This document shows positions 62,897-64,000 of a stretch of DNA of 64,000 bases, in pieces (the stretch's first letter is position 1; the number at the start of each line of letters is the position of its first letter). The stretch covers positions 64,001-128,000 of the forward strand of contig CAWJQU010000004.1 of the NCBI GenBank assembly GCA_963845145.1. The letters are read 5' to 3'. The position numbers and the translations under genes are program-made. A model generated the notes under the pieces. That model searched no databases, was not told the DNA's origin, and saw only the letters and a list, made by a program, of their open reading frames with translations. The stretch comes from an uncultured delta proteobacterium. Lineage in GTDB: Bacteria; Desulfobacterota; Desulfobacteria; Desulfobacterales; QNYZ01.

Positions 62897-64000
62897 ATGC
62901 GTTATTCTGAAATTACTATTTTTGTCGTTCTCCTAATGCGACTCTCGTTTCCGGTCAGTGATGCCTCAGCCGGGGAAACCGAGACCCATTCACTATCCAT
63001 TGATTGGGGGGGGCGCATCAAAGCCGTTGGTAAGCAATTCTATCCGGATTCCGATAGTATTTATGCTGATATCGATAAGGGCCCTTACAATGAAGGCAGC
63101 GTGGACGGCCGATTAACCATGGCGGTAGTTTCCGGGGCCGGCGCACAGTTAGACGTGCACTATGAATCGGTTTACATAAAGGGCGATCTGCAAGAAATTC
63201 GAAACAACCTCACAAATGTGAGTAGTGAAACAAATCCACTGGTTTCATTGCTGGGTGATCATGTCGATGACGACCGGCGGCTGATGGATTTGACCCGGAC
63301 AATTCATGAGGATGATCGTTCATACGCGTATCACCGGTTAGACCGATTGGCGTTGACCCTGACACCGTCATGGGGAACCTTGCGGGTCGGGAGACAGGCA
63401 CTCACCTGGGGAAATGGTATGGTCTTCAATCCCATGGATGTATTCAATCCATTTTCGCCAACCGATGTTGACCGGGACTACAAAACCGGCGACGATATGG
63501 TGACGACCACTTGGTTGACGGCCTCGGGTGACGAGTTACAACTAGTGGGCGTTGTGCGCAGGGACCTGGTTGATGCAGATGTGAATGCAGACAGTGCCTC
63601 CATCGCCGGGAAGTATCATGGCACGTCGCACGGTCTTGAGTACGATATTATGGGTGCCCGCCATTATGAGGACTATATTCTAGGCGGTGGGATCTCCGGA
63701 TATCTTCTGGACGCGGCCTGGCGCATGGATACAACCTATACTTTCCTGAGACAAAACCGACCTGACCGACCTGACCGATCCGACCCATCCGGCCGATCCG
63801 GCCGATCCGACCGATCCGATGCTGGATTTTGGTCATTCATCGTAAATTTGGATTACGCTTGGGGCTGGTGGAACAAAAACTGGTACGGCCTCGTTGAGTT
63901 CTACTTCAACTCCCTCGGGGATCACGACCCCCTTGATGCCCTGAACAACCCTGATCTCACTGAACGATTAGACCGCGGAGAAATATATACCCTGGGTACC
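62897..64000 (+). CDS. Probable outer-membrane beta-barrel protein (runs off window)
   Basis: Manual translation MRYSEITIFVVLL...RLDRLAL...LRVGRQALTWGNG.VFNPMD.FNPF...DRDYKTG; not in the ORF track. Confidence 0.7.
   Translation, partial: MRYSEITIFVVLLMRLSFPVSDASAGETETHSLSIDWGGRIKAVGKQFYPDSDSIYADIDKGPYNEGSVDGRLTMAVVSGAGAQLDVHYESVYIKGDLQEIRNNLTNVSSETNPLVSLLGDHVDDDRRLMDLTRTIHEDDRSYAYHRLDRLALTLTPSWGTLRVGRQALTWGNGMVFNPMDVFNPFSPTDVDRDYKTGDDMVTTTWLTASGDELQLVGVVRRDLVDADVNADSASIAGKYHGTSHGLEYDIMGARHYEDYILGGGISGYLLDAAWRMDTTYTFLRQNRPDRPDRSDPSGRSGRSDRSDAGFWSFIVNLDYAWGWWNKNWYGLVEFYFNSLGDHDPLDALNNPDLTERLDRGEIYTLGT
63757..63819. repeat. 9-bp in-frame tandem repeat, 7 copies
   Basis: ccgacctga x2, ccgatccga, cccatccgg, ccgatccgg, ccgatccga x2. 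Confidence 0.9.

Overview
Bacterial chromosomal segment of about 50% GC (estimated by eye). The gene content (TRAP/ABC uptake, iron-sulfur flavoprotein, DsrE, AMMECR1, a selenoprotein, palindromic intergenic repeats) suggests an anaerobic Desulfobacterota-like genome; this is inference. No rRNA, tRNA, CRISPR array or intact transposase was recognised. Main blocks: (1) ppk2, a basic HhH protein and an ACT protein; (2) DDAH-like enzyme, polar amino-acid ABC transporter and creatininase-like enzyme; (3) accB/accC divergent from GntR-TRAP-pxpABC; (4) tdh, two DUF4139 secreted proteins and a lone molybdopterin oxidoreductase; (5) a Liv-type ABC transporter with a cysteine hydrolase; (6) housekeeping genes (ettA, rnhA, FKBP, homoserine dehydrogenase, threonine aldolase); (7) an ArgR paralogue with an altered arginine pocket and tandem ARG boxes upstream of a ~12 kb Dpp-ABC/aminotransferase/amidohydrolase/flavoprotein/AKR cluster; (8) a small island scar with a structured intergenic region, an orphan ORF and an AbiEii remnant, back-to-back with a GrdB/PrdB-like selenoprotein hidden as two ORFs (in-frame UGA, UxxC); (9) CMK-like, EF-hand isochorismatase, USP, MFS and REC-GGDEF genes; (10) a TetR-LolA-like-ABC export operon. 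Best leads are the selenoprotein, the variant-ArgR regulon and the split urea-carboxylase-like pxp/acc cluster. All product calls come from motif recognition, not database searches.
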